Shown here piece by piece: positions 61,581 through 64,000 of a stretch of 64,000 nucleotides of DNA. Position 1 is the first letter of the stretch. Every line of letters begins with the position of its first letter. The stretch is from Eledone cirrhosa. Taxonomy: Eukaryota. The stretch spans positions 168,082,001 to 168,146,000 of the forward strand of contig OZ024741.1 of NCBI GenBank assembly GCA_964016885.1, given 5' to 3'. Below the pieces are notes generated by a model. That model was given only the letters and a program-made list of their open reading frames with translations, was not told where the DNA came from and did no database searches. A program made the position numbers and the translations under genes.

Positions 61581-64000
61581 GCACTGGTAGATCACATTAC
61601 GATCTCTGCATCTGTTTTTAGATGGAGAACTTTTTTCTACGACAGATATTGCAACAATCAGGACTTCGATACCAAGGAGAGATTCGGATTTAATACCTAC
61701 AAATCTCCCCCTCCGAACCCTATGCTCTCACCCTTCGAGAATGACCTTTTCCAACTGGTCAAGAGCATTAAATTCAAATCCAGACACAACAGATTCCTAC
61801 AAAAACTTTGTAGCAACTTAACAGAGTATGATAACACCAATGGCATCAAGGTGCACTCGGATAAAACTAGTAACCTCTACTTCGTCAACCCCAACTCATA
61901 CCACACACTGATCAGGAACAGCCTAAACTCCACCTATAAAAAGGCTAACCACTCAAGCATCGAGGACATAAATCGAGATGGACAACAAATTACCTCCAGC
62001 CTCGCGGTCGCCGACCGCACGGAACCCCTAGACCCACGGACTCCCTACTTCACACTGAAGGACCACAAATCCGATTTCGACCGTAAACCATCTATCAGGC
62101 TTATAAACCCAACGAAGTCCGACATAGGGAAAATTAGTAAAAAAAATCCTAGACCGCGTTATACCAAAAGTTAAGCAAAACGCCAGACTTAGCCTATGGG
62201 TCAACACCCAGGAAGTAATCTCATGGTTCAGCAATATGGAGGACAAACGAGACACAAAATTCATCCAGTTTGACATAGAGAGTTACTACGCTTCAATTAC
62301 CTTACCGCTCCTTACGGCCGCCTTGGACTTTGCCGAGACACTTGCGCCCATCACCGACAAGGAAAGAAATATCATCCTCCACGCCAGGAAGACAGTCCTA
62401 CTTTTCGACAACTCCAAATGGACAAAGAGAGCTCCCGACCCCCCCCCCCCCCTTCGACGTCAGTATGGGCACGACGGATTCGGCTGAAGTCACAGATCTT
62501 ATAGGATTATTCCTACTAGTTAAACTCACCGATATGTTTCCTGCATTCAGCGGTGGATTGTACCGTGATGATGGGCTCCTTACCCTTAAAGGGTACAACC
62601 CCAGTAGTGCAGACCGGGTCCGTAAACAATTAATCAGCTTCTTCCGTGACTGGGGATTTAAAATAACCCTACAAACGTCCCTAACCCGAGTAAACTTCCT
62701 GGACGTTACCCTTGACCTCGATAATGATCTGTACTACCCATACAGGAAACCCAACGACAACCTGCACTACATCCACCGCCGGTCAAACCATCCTAGAAAC
62801 ATCACCAATAACCTGGTTAAAAACATCTCCCTCCGCATATCTCGTTTGTCCGCTAATGAGCAGATATTCGAGGAACATGCGCCTTATTACAACCAGGCCC
62901 TCAAGCGGAGTGGCTTCCGGGAGGAAATATCCTACTGTCCAGTTTCCATTAGCGGAACCAGCAGGCGACACCGCCGCTCACGCAACGTAACATGGTTCAA
63001 TCCTCCCCACAACGCCGAGGTGACAACATATATCGGGAAAATCTACTTTAGGCTCATCGAAAAACACATCCCAGTAAAACACCGCTACCACAACATAATC
63101 AACAAAAATACCATCAAACTCTCCTACAGCACCACACCTAACTTTGCACAAAACATCGTCTCCTCTAACAACAAATAAGTCAACCCCTATGGAAGAAATA
63201 ACCTAGATAGCAGTGGAGAGCCGACCAGGAGGTGTAACTGTCCTGATGGATCCATTTGCCCCCTCGACAACAGATGCAGAGATCGTAATGTGATCTACCA
63301 GTGCAACGTGAGGACGGACACCTCCAACAAAGCTTATATAGGATTAACCGCTTGTGACTTCAAGACCCGCCACTACACTTTCGGGCCACATCTAGGACCT
63401 CAAAGATAACAATATAACCTATAATCTCACTTGGAGCTTACTGTCCAGAGCCAACTCTTACACGGGAGGACGCCGTCCGTGTAACTTATGCTCGGAGGAA
63501 ACATTACAAATGCTGTTTTCGACGGACCAACTCCTAAACAAGAAAGACGAACTGGTAACTGCATGCAAACACAGATTGCGTAGGACTTACCTCGCCCTCA
63601 AACCCCATAATGACCCGGGGGTAGACAAGGGCTGTAACACCCCACTTGCCGACTTTGTAATGGGTAACCCCTGCTTACAAAGGTAGACGTAAGATTTTCT
63701 TATATATTTTTTATCGTTTCCTCTATATTTACTTCTTCCCCCATCCCTTCCTAGTCCTTCCACCCCAGTTCTCCTTCTTTGTCGTCGTTCTTTTCACCTT
63801 CTCGCCCACCCCGAGGCAGCCCTTCGGTCCTCTGTAGCTTCAGTACCCCCACCCCCTATTCTATGATAGAATTGGCCGACTTCGCTTTTTATAGCAGATG
63901 TGATAGACCCCAGTACTTGGTTTCTTATCTGATTGCTGCCCCATTCCGTGATTCCTAGATTTCTTAGTGGTATCTCTGCTTTAGTTTCTCGTATATCAGT
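61581..64000 (+). mobile_element. Penelope-like element (Hydra-clade-like), RT + GIY-YIG, frameshifted; runs off the window
   Basis: RWRTFFY, SDKTSNLY, TLKDHK, RLINPTKSDIGKISK, FIQFDIESYY, GGLYRDDG, CNCPDGSICPLDNRC, VIYQC...YIGLT. Confidence 0.92.

Overview
AT-rich, repeat-saturated eukaryotic (animal) DNA. The SINE types and the (TA)n/(TACA)n load suggest a cephalopod such as Octopus (inference). No intact multi-exon host gene is visible, only one candidate exon at 17202-17279. The window holds: a near full-length frameshifted Tx1/L1-clade LINE plus truncated sisters stacked at (GATA)n; decayed R4/Dong-like, CRE-like, RTE and CR1/L2 fragments; tRNA-derived SINEs; a piggyBac-type MITE; and at least five Penelope-like element (PLE) coding remnants. 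Manual folding found about 15 type-I hammerhead ribozyme motifs, some intact and some degenerate. Most lie in PLE-type pseudo-LTRs inserted in (TA)n with a recurring 'tail + inverted copy' architecture. Highlights: (1) a tandem ~450-bp non-coding repeat with one minimal hammerhead per unit (retrozyme-like), present in one copy of a local duplication and absent from the other; (2) a 1.05-kb foldback element with a 6-bp TSD whose arms contain LINE 3' sequence and whose spacer carries an apparent RMND5/GID2 first exon; (3) a repeated motif with hammerhead core nucleotides in a pseudoknotted order; (4) an apparently (GATA)n-targeting Tx1 family. All alignments and folds were done by eye and need computational confirmation.
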